64,000 bases of DNA from Podarcis gaigeae (lineage: Eukaryota). Of the stretch, positions 1 through 13,845 are shown in pieces (the stretch's first letter is position 1; every line of letters begins with the position of its first letter). The stretch is taken from the NCBI GenBank assembly GCA_964106915.2, contig OZ066923.1; one strand, given 5' to 3'. Below the pieces are notes generated by a model. That model saw only the letters and a program-made list of their open reading frames with translations. It was not told the origin of the DNA and ran no database searches. The position numbers and the translations under genes are program-made.

Positions 1-95
1 CTCAGAGAAAGACAGAGTTTCTAGTTTCAGTCCCCAGACGACTATTGGGACTCTATTTTGCCTTTGAAGGGGAAGACTGGTCATGGCCCATGCAG

Positions 96-677
96 CAGTG
101 GTGTAGCGTGAGAGTTGCCAGTGCCCAGGGCCATGAGAAGGGTGGGTGGGACGGTGGGAAACAGATGAAGTATGCATGCATAATGGCATCCGCATCACCC
201 AGGAGATCACAGCCACAGAGATCAGAAAAGAAGAATTGTTCCATTGTCTGGAGAGGTCACTTCCTGGTTCTCATGGTGAAATATACTCGGAGTTGAGAGT
301 AGATTTCATGCTCTTTATTCAGCTCATAGTGGTGAGGAGGAATGAAAGTTTCCCCAAAGTATCTGCTTTATGTACATTATTTACACAATGGGCTGCACGT
401 GATTGGCTAATTCCGGAATTCTCCTGTAGGCCAATCAGGTTGTGGATTCACTTCCATCTGGAGCTGGATTGGGTGGCTCCTGCAGACCAATCAGACTGCT
501 GCATTTTGGATCCTATTCAACTCAGTACATAACACATGGAGAAGCTGTTTTTAATAGAGCCCAGCGACAGAAGCACGCAACTGTATTGAGGCAGCACAAG
601 ATGTTGAAATTTTGCGCCCCTAACAATTTTGTGCTCGGGGCAACCACCCTTGTGGGGTCCCCCATGCTACACCACTG
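96..677. mobile_element. Non-autonomous DNA transposon (hAT-like)
   Basis: 12-bp terminal inverted repeats CAGTGGTGTAGC / GCTACACCACTG; no clear TSD. Confidence 0.5.
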
Positions 678-1590
678 TATCAGCTGGAAGATAAAAAGAT
701 GGCTGGAGGAACGGGCCAGGCAATCAGAGGAGGAAGAGACCCTCCTTTGCTATCACTGAGCATGTCACAGTAGTAGGCTTCTTAATACCTTGAAGGAGAA
801 TTCTTGAAAGAGAAGCACATATAATGTCCTTTTGTAATTCACCAAAAATTAAATTTGTAATTCTGGCATAAGAATGGATAAAGAAATGGGGGGGGGGGAG
901 ATCAGGGAGGAGTTTCTACTTTCTACTTTGAGAGCTATTTGTTAGGAGGAACCACCAAAGAGGATGCGTGACTCTGCTAAAGCAGGCCTGCGTGCTATGG
1001 ATGGGAATTGAACTAGAGGCAGACAATCTGTTCTATAGTGGTAAGAACAACATTGCTGCACTCAGCAAAGAGCCCTCACATACATAAAACATTAGTGTCT
1101 GTGTTCCGTTTTACTTATTTTTTCATTCCACTGACTTTTGTGCGCACGTGTGTTTGGAAATATACTGAAGATGTAAGATTACTAAATGAGACTATTGTGA
1201 GAACCTCTGGGATATGTTCATTTTCCAGCCGAAATGTCAAAAAAGCAGATTTAAGTAGGTGCCAAATTGAAATAAAGCCCACGTGGAATGATATGTTTCT
1301 CCCACATGAAAGCCCAGTGAGCTCATTTTCTGTTTAATATCATTTTAAGGGATTAAAGAGAATTACTCAATTCCTTTGCAGAGAAAACTAAGCAAAGCTT
1401 CCAGCAGATTCAGGATAAACCCATGGAATTATATTAATAGTTGCTGTTGCTTTTATCAATTACATAGTGCCTCTTAATCAGATAATGTTCAAATCAAATA
1501 TCCGGTTACAACCCATTTTTAATAGAGGAAAGAAGGGCAAAGAAAAGGGAAATCTATTATAAAAAGAAACCAAAGTTGGATTCTCTAAAA

Positions 1591-1711
1591 CAGGATTGAG
1601 AAACCCGGTGGCCCTCTAGACTCCAACTCCCATAATTCCTGACGAGGGACCTCGTTGACTGAGGCTGATGGAGTCCAACAACATCTGAAGAGCCACAGTT
1701 CCCCATAACTG
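1591..1711. mobile_element. Degenerate palindromic hAT MITE
   Basis: CAG...CTG ends, TSD ctctaaaa/ctctaaac, similar to the 3068-3203 element. Confidence 0.6.
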
Positions 1712-3067
1712 CTCTAAACTAAAGTTTTGAAGATGAGTCCATTTTGAATAGAGACAAGTCTTTGCAGGCTGTGAATCTCACACCATTAATGTGGACATCT
1801 CAAGAAAGACCCAATCAATCCTCTAATTTAGGGTGCCCTCACACTTATTTATAATTACATTTATATCCCACCTTTCCTTCAGGAGCTCCAGGTAGCACAA
1901 AACATGTCCCATTCCCCCACCTCTGATTTTTATTTTTACTTTTATTCATAGCCAGATAGTTGCTCACTGGGGCTGTTTTCTGGTTAGTCGACACCAATTT
2001 CACCACTGGCTTTAAGTTTTCCTAGTGGCTTAATTTGTTTTGTTCGCTTTTTAGTGGGACTTTGAGATCTTTTTAGCTGCTGTTCATTGTATTTTATGGA
2101 AACTATTGATTGTGGTTTTATGTATGTTTTTACTTAGGTCGCCTTGGCAGTGTTGTTGTTGTCCTGACAGTTCACCTAGAATTATGCAAAAGTAAATTGT
2201 AAAGAAAGCATGAAAAATTCAAATGAGACTCCTCCCCCTACCTATAAGGTGTAAAATAAGCTGCAAAACATTCCTGCCTATTTTGCAAGCATACTGAAGA
2301 TGACAGTACTGCCACAGTTATTATGGTGATCCACTTGCATCCAACAGTTAACTGCTAGTGTCCTTCCTTTGTGAAACATCCAGCAACTATTTGCATCTAG
2401 GGGTCTTCATCTCAATAGCTTTGTAAGAGCAGCTGATAGTCTCTCAATATTCCAGAGGGGCTGAAACGTCTATTAATATTTATGAGTGGTTATCTAAGAA
2501 ATCAGAGCTCTTAATAACACAGCAGAATCATTTTCATAATCCCCTTTCAGGGAAATATTGGATCTCGTTTATCATCATGCTGAGGGGTGTGGGGCTTTTA
2601 TTTAATCTAAAAAAAATGAATTACTGATTAGGCATGTCGTTTTGATCAAAGAATGAGCATTTTTTTCCTTTTTCTTTTACAGAGATATGAAGAAATGATG
2701 GGATTCTTACCATACTATGTGCATCTATGTTTTTCATCTGTAATCACATGCTACTTAATTTGGGCAAACTTGATTGATTTCAGCCTGGAAGCAAGTTGGG
2801 ATGATTATTTTTAAAGGGATATAAGAAAACCAGTTTGGATTATTTTCCGTCTTTGGTAAAATCACTAATTTGTTTTATCATGTTTTGGACTTGTGGGGGC
2901 ACTCATGTATTTCCTTACATAGTTCTTCTTCAACCACCTGCAGATAAAAGTTGCAGGTTGGGGGGGGGGGAGAGAGAGAGACCCACGAAGCTGAGTTTAA
3001 TCCAGAGTATTTTAGAGTGGACAGAATTCAAACCAGAATATAGAGCTGACAGGATGAGCTGATAACC

Positions 3068-3203
3068 CAGGCATCCTCAACCTCGGCCCTCCAGATGTTT
3101 TTGGCCTACAACTCCCATGATCCCTAGCTAGCAGGACCAGTGGTCAGGGATGATGGGAATTGTAGTCTCAAAACATCTGGAGGGCCAGGGTTGAAGAAGC
3201 CTG
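3068..3203. mobile_element. Palindromic hAT MITE
   Basis: CAGGC...GCCTG termini, internal inverted arms (ggccctccagatgttt / aaacatctggagggcc), perfect 8-bp TSD tgataacc. Confidence 0.85.
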
Positions 3204-3852
3204 TGATAACCTATTGCATGACTGGCATGAGTGCTTTTTGAAGTTCCCTATGTTGGATTAATGAAGATACGCACAGGAAGGTGATGGATGGAAGAAGGAG
3301 AACCTTGCATGAGGGGCAGGCAAGAGAGGATCTCCCAGTGTAGGAGGCTGGTGAAAGAAGGGGAAGCTCTCAGGTGAAAGCTCATAGAATAGAAGGAATG
3401 TGGACTGTTAATTGGCAGAGGCTGCTCTCTGTCCCAGGTGTGGTATCTCAGAGATTAATTGATAGCTATCAAGAAACAACAACAGGCCTGGCATGCTACT
3501 ATTGTCATGATACCTCCTATGCCCCATAGCTATTGTCAGTTGTAAAAAAGAAAAGGCCCACCTCACTGCTTTCATCTGCTATGCATTTAGAATGGGTTAA
3601 TTTTTTTTAATAGAAAAATGCCATTTTGCATATACAGCATGCCATATTTGCCAAAGGGATCTGCCAAGACGTCTGGAACACGGTGCAAAAATTCCACTTT
3701 CATTAAACAGCAAAAGATTTCTGGCTGTTCTTGCTTTTCTCTCCAGCAACCTTGAATCGCTCCATTTTAAGGTAGTTTCACAGCTGTGTGGAAATCACCA
3801 TTGAAACTGTATCCCAGTGCATCATAAATAATCACACTACTAGGCTTCCCTC

Positions 3853-3853
<1 letters not shown>

Positions 3854-3896
<43 letters not shown>
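3854..3896. repeat. (ATT)n microsatellite
   Basis: Direct reading; explains the poly-I run in ORF 3788..4366. Confidence 0.95.
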
Positions 3897-3897
<1 letters not shown>

Positions 3898-5574
3898 GTT
3901 GGGAGCAGGACCTGGTCACAGAAGAAGAGTCTGTATTCTTTGTTGGTGGGTATGCTTCACCCTCAAATCAGTTCATGACCCTCATGTGCAAGTTTACCCG
4001 CAAATAAATCTGAGTTCCGTGGGCTTTTCTCCCCAATTTAGTGTGCACAGGATTGCTGTCCAATGGGCTCAAAGAATGCAATTTCTAAAGATTTCAAGAG
4101 AGAAAAGTGCTGCAGTTGAGACCAGGTGCAAATCTGTGTTAGTTTTCCCAAGAAGAATTTATAGACCCTGTTGTAAAAGAGAGAGAGAGGGAGGAACACA
4201 AACTTGCTTTGTTGGTCTTCTAACCCATCCTATTGTTGTGGTTTTTCGAGGTTTAATTCTAACTTGCTCTGCATTCCTATGCATAGAGATTGATGATAAA
4301 GGTGTTGAAAGAAGCAACAGTAAATATGCTATGGCAGAAGATTCTATATTGGAGGCATTCGGTTAGTTCTGTGGTATTTCTCAGATGATTTGTTCAGCTC
4401 CACCAGTTCGCCCCCCCCCCCTTGTCAAAAGGTCCAGCTGGATGCACTTAAGAAATGGGAAATTCAGACACCTGTGTCTTCCCCAGGGCTGGCGGTTGAG
4501 TTGGGGAGAGCCATAAATGTTTTAAGTAGTTTTGGGAGGTGTGGGTCTGGCCCTGAGGGTGATGAGTAGAGTGTGACATGGGGGTGAGGGAATGAAAAAA
4601 ATGCATACACCTATTGTGATACGCTGGAGGATTTTCCATTGGTGCAGTCACAACCAGGACCTACAACACAATAGTGCAGTATATCTTCATCCCCTACCAG
4701 GAGAGCTCTTCTTCAGGGTACCAGTGACCCATGCCCATTTCTAGGGTATTATAGGATTCAATGGCAATCCAGCTTCTTCCAATTTTCTTTTCCAGTTTAG
4801 CGGTTGCCCTCTTTAGATAGAAAAATGTCGTCTTGCATACTTTGTTGATGTCACCCTTTGGTTTACCGTTGGTGCTCAAACACTTGTGTTTGCTATTAGA
4901 AGGAATGACAGTTCTGCCTCCATTTCTATTGTTCCAATGTGTTACAATCCAGTGCTGAACAATTCACTGGATGGGCATTACAACTCTGTGCAAGCCAGCA
5001 ACGCTTTGATGGAAACTCGTTTGTCACTGCCAAGATACTTTGAATGAGTAGAAACGAACACAGTCTCATTTTACCCAGTTTATTGTTTTGGTGTGTGGCT
5101 AAGGGGACCATTGGAAGGTGTCTTATGCCACTCAGACTATTTATCAATCTATCTCAGTACTGTCTGCACAGTGGCTCTCCAGTATTTTCAGTTGAGTGTG
5201 CATATAATGGGAGACCTAAATTTGCCACTTCACAAGGTGAGAAATGGGCTACATTTTTGTCGTAGAGGTAAGATGAGTCACACCAAAGAAGAGATTCTTC
5301 TTTTATCTGTCTGTTCCTGAGGTGCTGCTTGACTACCACAGGGGATGGGGAGAGAGACAATTCAGTTCACATTCCAAGCAGAGTCTATCCAATTTGTCCT
5401 TTCCAAAGCAATACAAGAACAGAAATGTAGGCACCTTTCAAAATTCGCTCTTATCTGAATTTTGTGATGCAGTTCTCCAACTGAACAGTGCTTATAAAAG
5501 TGCATATGTTAGAAAAAGCATGCATGAAAAATCAATGTATTAGTGAACATAACATTAAAAAATGTATTATAGTA

Positions 5575-5689
5575 GGGAAGGATGGACATGGAGCGATGAG
5601 GGGACACCCGACAAGCTAGCCAGATCAGCTGAATCAATCCTAGTGATCAATGGAGTGACAGGTGTTGCAGCCAGATCGCCCTGACATCC
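5575..5689 (-). pseudogene. RN7SK: 7SK snRNA retropseudogene, 5' ~115 nt only
   Basis: Reverse complement reads GGATGTCAGGGCGATCTGGCTGCAACACCTGTCACTCCATTGATCACTAGGATTGATTCAGCTGATCTGGCTAGC..., matching the vertebrate 7SK 5' end; 12-bp TSD attatagtaggg. Confidence 0.9.
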
Positions 5690-8600
5690 ATTATAGTAGG
5701 GGAAATTGCTTACACAAATATGTGCACTGGTCAAAACAGCATACGGAAATGTCTTTTACCGTGAGAAATTCGAGCTAAGATGTTGATGAATTTTCACGAG
5801 GATCTGCAAAAATGTGCTGCGGAAATGTGGAAAGCCGAATTTAGGGTTGGAAAAATACCTGAAACCACTCAATGGGATCCAGAAGCTGGAATTGGTGTGG
5901 AGCCATTGCAGGGAAGATAACAAACAAAATGTGAACCAGCCCTTAGAATAGCAGAAATCAAGCACAATAACGGAGAGTGGGAGACATTGATGAGGTAATT
6001 ATCCCTCTCCCATTGAAAAGAAGTGTCACGCACAGGGCTGTGGGGTTTTGTGACAGCAGGAGACCATCCCATGATTATGATGTTCCTTCTTTCCCTTAAT
6101 TTATTTTTTTCTTTTCTTTTTCGAAAGGTTTTATGAGGATTGGGTGCAGCTGCGCCTCATCAAGCCTCTTCTTATTTAACATTATAAGGGACCTGATTAG
6201 TTTAGAGCTTGATTCAGCTGCTGCTTATGGAAAGCTTGGCCCTGCCTAGGATGCTCTTGCTACAAAATTTAAGATAGAAACTCTCTGAACCAAATATAAA
6301 TGCTCTGCCCGCTGATAGATGCACATGCCGATTGCTCTCCCTCCACCTTTCTACTCCTGGCTATATTTCTGCGATTCACTGTGAATCTGTAGTTTAACAT
6401 ATCTCTCTATAGTGTGATTTTTCTTCCCACTTCAAGAAAGTCACAGAGTAGTAACAAATGTATCTGGCAGTATTTAGAATTCCAAAGCAAAGGCTGTTGT
6501 TTTTGCCAACAAGAAATCCCTTAATACTAATGAAAACAGGCAGAGCTGAGCAAACGACAGTCAATTGAGGGCGATTCGAAGTTTGACCTGAAAATAATCT
6601 GGATAGAATCTTTGAAAGGGTAAGAGAGATTTATGAAGGAATTCTGGGGCTCACACTCTAAGCGCTCCTTCTCACTTATCCTTGAAGGTTCACTCCCTTC
6701 TATAGCAGTTCATAACATAAAAACATGAGTCCTGCAGGATTAGACCAGAGGCCCATCCAGTTCAGAGCTTTCTGAGCTCTCTGAGACTTTGGGGAAGTGG
6801 GGTGGATACTCTCCAGAGACTGTGGATCTGTTAAGTCTCTCTCTTCTAGTGTTTCTTTTGCTAGCTGTTCCCCATCCAGTATTTCCCAGCTTCTGCCTTC
6901 TGAACTATGCCCCTCTGCAAACCACTGTTCCAAATCTATACTGTCCTCCTGCTCCTGGCAAGATTCAGGATCAGGAGGGGGGTGGCAGCTCCCACTATTC
7001 TTCCTCAGTGCAGCCCACCTCTGCACTGTGACTAGGAGCCATTATTTTCATTCTCCATGGAAAGCTGGAAACGGTGCTGTATTCTTTACCACTAGTTTAT
7101 GGATTGAGGTTGCAGTTGTTTTCACAATCTAGCTTTCTTGAAGGCACACAATGGCTCACAACAGGCTCTGCTTATTGAATGCAACAAGACTCTCAGTAAC
7201 ATGGGTGGCTGGGTAGGGAAACCATGGAAAGCGGCTATAAATTTCAGTGGGGAGAGGATGTGGGGGATCTCAAAACCCTATATACAAATTGCAGGTGTTC
7301 TTTTTGCCTTTTCCAAGATTTCTTCAAAGTAATCTATTCAGACCTTCACAATTATTCACACTTCAGAATGGGCTGAACCACTTGAGACTGCTCTAATCGG
7401 GATAGGGTTAACGTTGGATACAACCCAATAGTTTTCTTTTTAAAAAATTCTCCAACTAAATATATTTAACATTCAAATAAGCCATCTGTAAAATAAAAAG
7501 GAAAGGAAAAATGATGTGAATAGCAAGAGATGGGAACAAGCAAAGAAGATTATTGAGGCAGATGAAGTGCTATGATAGTCATTTAGAAAGTATATTCACC
7601 CGCCTAATGATGTACTTTCATTACCTGGCCACAAGGTAAGCATTTTCCTGATGTTTGCCCAATTCTTTGTGAGTCAACCATTCTTCCTTACTCTTGAACT
7701 TTGGGCAGTTGCAGGGGAGCAGTGTCTGATAATGCAAATAGCTTTAGAAATGAACCATTGTCTGTTGACTCCTATACAGCCATAAACATGTTTGCTGTAA
7801 TTGAGGCATGGTAGGATTTGTAGCACGACTGAAAGATGAAAACAGCCCAGATTAATGACTCCTCTCAGCCCGTGTTCCGACAGCCCCTTTTTCAAAGCAC
7901 CAATATTACCCACTTAAAAAATGGAAATCTGCCAACATTTGACGTACCACTGCCGCCACTTTCGACATGCCAGATGGTACTAAAAATTCAAAATATTTCC
8001 TATAACAGCTGTATCTTTGACAACAAAATTAATACAGGCAGAAACTTCCACTGCTGCATGTAGGCCACACTGGTCAGGTTTCTCGCTTTAAGGTCTAATG
8101 TAACAAGAGTTAATAAATAGATCTGATCAGCTCGGCGCTGGATGTCAATCATGTGTCCACGTCTGATGTTCAAAACCAGATGCAAAGCTCGGTGTCTTTA
8201 TAGTTTAGCAGCTGCTCTAATAAGACTGTAAAATACACCTTCCCCTAGAGTGACAATAAATGTGTTAACACTTTCTTGCAACAAGCCCTTTCCTATAGCT
8301 CATCAGCTTCTTGCCTCAAGCTCTGTCTTTATGTATTCGGTGACATAAATCTTACAAGCATATTTGACCAGAAAGCTACTCTTCAAAGTCTGGATAGTGC
8401 AATTTGGCGTTTTTAAATCCCTTCCTTTGATGCCAGGAAAAGAAGATCTATTGAAAAGAGAGAAACTATAAAATGCAATCCTACTATACACATCTACTCA
8501 GAGGTAAGTCCCACTGACCTCAGTGGGGTTTACTCCTAGGTAAGAGGGTATGGATTGCAGCTCACATACACTTCCTTCTGCATAGATATGTGCAGGATTT

Positions 8601-9002
8601 AGATCTGGAAATTGCTGCCTTTGTGTAAAGCATCATTTGAATGGGTTCCCGGGTTAATCAGCATAACCATGTAGCCTGACCAAAATGCTTAAATTTAAGT
8701 CAATGCATTTAAATCATCTTTATCCTGCTGAAGTCAATTGCACTAGTGTCTGGGTTCTAAGCATATTTGTAACATATTTCAGGCTCTTAACCACCCATCA
8801 CAGATAAAAAGTGAATTCATTTATTTTTTTTACCCTTATTCCCTATGACCATTCTTTCTGCCATTAATAAATGAATTACTGTTGCTCTGTCTTCAGGAAG
8901 GACATTAGAGCTTACATAGACAAAGAGCAAGACCATTGGGTCCAATATTAAATCATAGCCTGTCAGTCTTTACTTTCAGCATGTATCGATGTAATACGGT
9001 AT

Positions 9003-9596
9003 TGTTATGACTTGCAGCTGCAGAACACCCTTAAATTCCCGGTGGGTGATAGAAGTTAATTAAGGCTAGGAGTGTCAAAACATAGCTAGACTCGTGTGTA
9101 TTAGGCCAAACCTGTGTGTATGTAAGCTGTGTATTGGAGACTTCTAAATCCTGTAATCAACATGTGTCAAAAGCTAATTCAGCCAGGACTAGCTTCTTGC
9201 GTGAGGTGTTAGCCTGGGGGTAAGGACCCATTAAGACAACAAAACTTCAAAGGGAACTCTGTGTGAAACGGCAAAGGGATAGGGCCCCTTTTACTCCACA
9301 GATCAAGCAACATGGGTTAGAAGCTGAGAGGAGTTGTGTTCCGTGAGAAGTGGGAAGCAGGAGGCAGAGCAATGGCTGGCTGGAATACAAGGCTGTGCTT
9401 ATGGATTAAGAAAGACCCTCCAGGAGTGTGACGCTAGGAACCCCTTACACATATGCTCAGGTTGTACATATGTGTAAACAAACCATATATCATAAAGACA
9501 CCACAGTCTCCGCTGTGCCTCATTTTCCAAAAGGAAACATGGATCCTGGAATTCCTGGAATCTCACACCACTTGGAGATTGGAGTGGCCTGTAACA
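9003..9596 (+). mobile_element. Probable solo LTR
   Basis: TGTTA...TAACA termini, flanks gtat/atat, LTR-like composition. Confidence 0.5.
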
Positions 9597-9682
9597 ATAT
9601 TGTACAATTCTATCCAGGGTGTGCAACTAGGTTTTTTCACCTAGAATGTAGGCTATTTGTTCTAAGAGCCATTGTTGTTTAA

Positions 9683-9870
9683 GCCACATCCACACCATAC
9701 ATTTAAGGCATTATGATACCACTTTAAACAGCCAATGCTTCCCTCAAAGAATTCAGGAAGCTGCAGTTTGTTAAGAGTGCTGAAAGGTGTTACGACATTA
9801 TTCTTCTCTCAGAACTACAGTTCCCAGAGTTCCCTGGGAAGTGTAATTGACTGTTAGACCACTCTGAAAC
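9683..9870. mobile_element. Squamate palindromic MITE family copy
   Basis: Shares 'cccaaagaat...gggaa.tgtagtttgttaag...aactacagttccca' blocks with 12170-12885, 22928-23118 and 58603-58800. Confidence 0.6.
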
Positions 9871-10559
9871 TTGTGTCTCTTACTCCCTTCTTTGCCCACC
9901 CACTCACTCAACCACTTTGAACTACAAAAACTGGCATTTTTACAACTTCCACATGATGTTTGTTTTGCACTTGCAAGAAACCAGTCTTTTAGTGTTGAAT
10001 TATTTCAGGTGCCAGCTAAAAGCTTTCTTGTTTGAGCAAGTTCACCAGACATCATCATCATCATCATCATTATTACAATTAAAACACAATGTTTTTGTGT
10101 ATATTTGCTTTTAAAACTGCCGATTTTATCTATATTTTTATAATTTTAGTCTTTTTACTGTTTTTGTTGTCAACTATTTTGAAATATTTTACATTATTTT
10201 ATGTAAACCGCTTAGAGATTTTTTGTTGTTTTTGTTTTATTCACTGGTACATAAATTTTGTGAAATAAAGTAAGCATTGATACTTCAGAACCAGGGTTAT
10301 TCGGACTGTGTTATTGTGTTTCTCCACACTCCTGAAGAGTGCGGCAATAATTTTCAGGCTGTGCTGAACTGAATCAGTATTATTGGGCTGAAAGATTATT
10401 GTAGCCAAATGCAAGGTCAGGGAAAAAGACATGTCCCTTTTCCAGCATTCCGTTTCACTAGCTCAATTTAAGCACAACCCATTTCATGTTATACACATTA
10501 CAATATACAGTTTCAAATGCAATTCCTTCAAAAGACTTACAAATCTTTCAACCTCTCTA

Positions 10560-10840
10560 GAAATACTGTGCACCATTCTGGCTGTCTCTCGCTCCAAAAA
10601 GAATATTGTACTGCAGCAGGAAAAGGTTCAAGGAAAGGCAACCAAAGTCATCAAGGGGAATGGAGGCTAGAGCATTTGATTATTTTTAGTTCAGAGAAAA
10701 GGCATCATAGTAGAAGTGCACAAAATTATGTATATAGAAAGTGGACACCAAAAAACTTTCTCCTCCCCCACATAATACCCACATTGAATGAACCTGGGTA
10801 CATTCAATGAAACTGAGTGTTGGAAGATAAAGGACAGACA
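10560..10840 (+). mobile_element. CR1 LINE RT fragment, interrupted by a Sauria SINE
   Basis: Decayed EYCAPFW...EKVQGKATKVIKG motif typical of CR1 ORF2; continues after 11192. Confidence 0.7.
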
Positions 10841-10842
10841 AA

Positions 10843-11191
10843 AGGTAAAGGGACCCCTGACCATTAGGTCCAGTCGTGACCGACTCTGGGGTTGCGGCAC
10901 TCATCTCGCTTTATTGGCCGAGGGAGCCAGCGTACAGCTTCCGGGTCATGTGGCCAGCATGACTAAGCCGCTTCTGGTGAACCAGAGCAGCGCACGGAAA
11001 CGCTGTTTACCTTCCCGTTGGAGTGGTACCTATTTATCTACTTGCACTTTGACGTGCTTTCAGACTGCTAGGTTGGCAGGAGGAGGGACCGAGCAACGGG
11101 AGCTCACCCTGTCACGGAGATTCGAACCACCAACCTTCTGATCGGCAAGTCATAGGCTCTGTGGTTTAACCCACAGCGCCACCCGCGTCCC
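10843..11191 (-). mobile_element. Sauria SINE, full length
   Basis: tRNA-like head GGGACGCGGGTGGCGCTGTGG with B box GGTTCGAATC, (ACCTTT)n tail, TSD taaaggacagacaaa. Confidence 0.92.
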
Positions 11192-12223
11192 TAAAGGACA
11201 GACAAATAAAACGTTTATTCACACAGCCCATAGCAACAGCTCTAAATTCTGGATTCATCCTTCTTACCAACCAGAAACAGTGGGGGATACCCATTTGTCA
11301 TCTCACACAGAACCCATTTCCTTTGTTCTCTTAATGGCCAGGCGATCACCTCATCAGGAAGCTACCCTGGCTTCTATTTTAACATTTCCTGAATCCAGGG
11401 ATTAGAACAGTCTCTCATACAGCCTGCTTCCCCCCCCCCCCAACTCATAACAGACTTTTTGGGAGCTCCTTGCTATTGCAGGAGTAGGTACACCTTTGAG
11501 CATTTTTGGGTCATACAGCACTTCCCCCCCCCCCCCACATGACGCCAGGTGCTCATGAGCCACAAACAATCCATGTGCAATGATTGGCAATTAAAATGCT
11601 ATCTCTCCCCACCCCAACCCCCATCATATTACAAACCCTTGTAGACGTGATATACTTGGCAAGTATCTTATGCTGTTAGATTACCAAGAACTGCATGCGA
11701 CAGAAAGTTTCAGAAGGAAAAGATGGCATTAAAGCACACTGAAATTTGGTGAGACAAGTCTAGACATGTGCATAGCTTCCCTGATGCTCTGTTTGATCTT
11801 TGCAAGTGACATAGTTCATTGGTAGAAGAGTGAAGCGGTGCTTCTCGAAAGGCTTTGGCTGGATTAAGCTGCGATATCTGGCTTTGGCTCTGGACAGAAT
11901 TTATGCTGCATGGAAATGGATGGTTGTTTTGTGGGTGGGTGTGGCTGCTTCCTTAGGCCGAGAGACAAAACATATTCAACTCTAAGATAATGGAGAAATG
12001 TGGAAATGCCTTAATTGCTAAAGCCCACCCCCTGACACTCCCTGGCACAAAGCTTCTCCAGAAGTGTCTTCTTCCATTGGGAAAGACAAGTTGTGTTCTG
12101 GACAGCAGGCTCAGAGGACCATTGCTTAGAAGAGAAACAGTGTCTGAGCCTGTTTTTGAAGCAGACGCAGTATGCATCCACATCATACATTTGAAGCATA
12201 TTCAACACACTTTTAAAACACAT

Positions 12224-12720
12224 TTGTTGTTGTTGTTTAGTCATTTAGTCGTGTCCGACTCTTCGTGACCCCATGGACCAGAGCACGCCAGGCACTCCTG
12301 TCTTCCACTGCCTCCCGCAGTTTGGTCAAACTCATGCTGGTAGCTTTGAGAACACTGTCCAACCATCTCGTCCTCTGTCGTTCCCTTCTCCTTGTGCCTT
12401 CCATCATTCCCAACATCAGGGTCTTTTCCAGGGAGTCTTCTCTTCTCATGAGGTGGCGAAAGTATTGGAGCCTCAGCTTCAGGATCTGTCCTTCCAGTGA
12501 GCACTCAGGGCTGATTTCCTTAAGAATGGATAGGTTTGATCTTCTTGCAGTCTATGGGACTCCGAAGATCATTCAAAAGCATCAATTTTTTGGCGATCAG
12601 CCTTCTTTATGGTCCAGCTTTCACTTCCATACATCACTGCTGGGAAAACCATGGCTTTAACTATACGGACCTTTGTTGGCAAGGTGATGTCTCTGCTTTT
12701 TAAGATGTTGTCTAGGTTTG
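12224..12720 (-). mobile_element. BovB (RTE) LINE 3' fragment nested in a MITE
   Basis: Encodes SRDITLPTKVRIVKAMVFP and MRREDSLEKTLMLG...WLDSV; (CAA)n tail; TSD ttaaaacacat/ttaaaacagat. Confidence 0.92.
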
Positions 12721-13183
12721 TTAAAACAGATGGCTTCTCCCAAAGAATAATGGGTATTGTGACCCCCCCCCACAGAACTACAGTTCCCAGTGCCCTTAGC
12801 AAATTACAGTTCCCAGGATTCTTTGGGAGAAGTCATGTGCTTTAAATGTGCATTGGACATGCTTCAAATGTATGGTGTGGATCTGCCCGAAGTCACCTAG
12901 ATTCGCTCCCATTCTGCATCTTTCCACAGTCAAGAAATGTTAGGATCAAATTGCCTGTCACGTTTAACGGGTACTACACAGCTACATTTCTAGTTCCCCT
13001 CCTTTATTTAATAATAGGCAAATTTTATTAGAAATGTTATTAGGACTGGGACTGGAAGAGGAATATATCCCTTCCCTCCTCCCTTGCCATCGGGGTGAAA
13101 ATTGTGGATATGAGGATTAGAAAAAGACTCCCATTGGCATAACCCATTTAACTATGAGGAATAGGGAGGGGTGCACATCACCT

Positions 13184-13556
13184 AGGAGTGAGTGGTGCTG
13201 TGGTCTAAACCACTGAGCCTCTTGGGCTTGCGAATCGGATGGTTGGTGGTTCGAATCCCCATGGCAGAGCGAGCTCCCATTGCTCCTGCCCAGCTACTAG
13301 CAGTTCGAAAGCATACCAGTGTGAGTAGATAAATAGGTAACACTGTGGCAGGAAGGTAAACGCCATTTCCATGCTCTCTGGCATTTGTCATGGTGCTCCG
13401 TGCGCCAGAAGTTGTTTAGTCATGCTGGCCACATGACCCAGAAAGCTGTCTGCAAACAAACGCTAGCTCCCTCGGCCTGAAGCAAGATGAATGCTGCAAC
13501 TCCATAGTCAAATTTGACTGGACTTAACCGTCCAGGGGTCCTTTATTGTTACCTTT
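13184..13556 (+). mobile_element. Sauria SINE, older copy
   Basis: Alignable to the other copies; ACCTTT tail; TSD cacatcacct/cacatctcct. Confidence 0.88.
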
Positions 13557-13845
13557 ACACATCTCCTCCCTACACATTGTGACAATGATAGCAATTACCT
13601 TTGTACCTGCAATTAAAAAAAATAAATTAAGCATCGTGCATTAAACATAATGTGTAGTTTGCCCCACGTGAGCCATGTCACTGAATGTCTTAACATGCCG
13701 CAAAGTAGAGTATCTGTAGCAAGAGAGAACACACAGGAGCTTCTGAGAATGCCATTTTTTGGCCCAGGAAGGATACGCAGGGATCACATGGTTGCCTAGG
13801 AATAAGCCCCATTGAACTTGGTGAGACTTGCTCTACAGTATAGAT

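Noticed and set aside
3788-4366. Longest ORF (192 aa)
   Set aside because: Non-ATG start, spans an (ATT)n microsatellite, no recognisable domain
10788-11141. Recurrent peptide 'LPGHVASMTKPLL' in many ORFs
   Set aside because: Translation of Sauria SINE sequence, not a gene family
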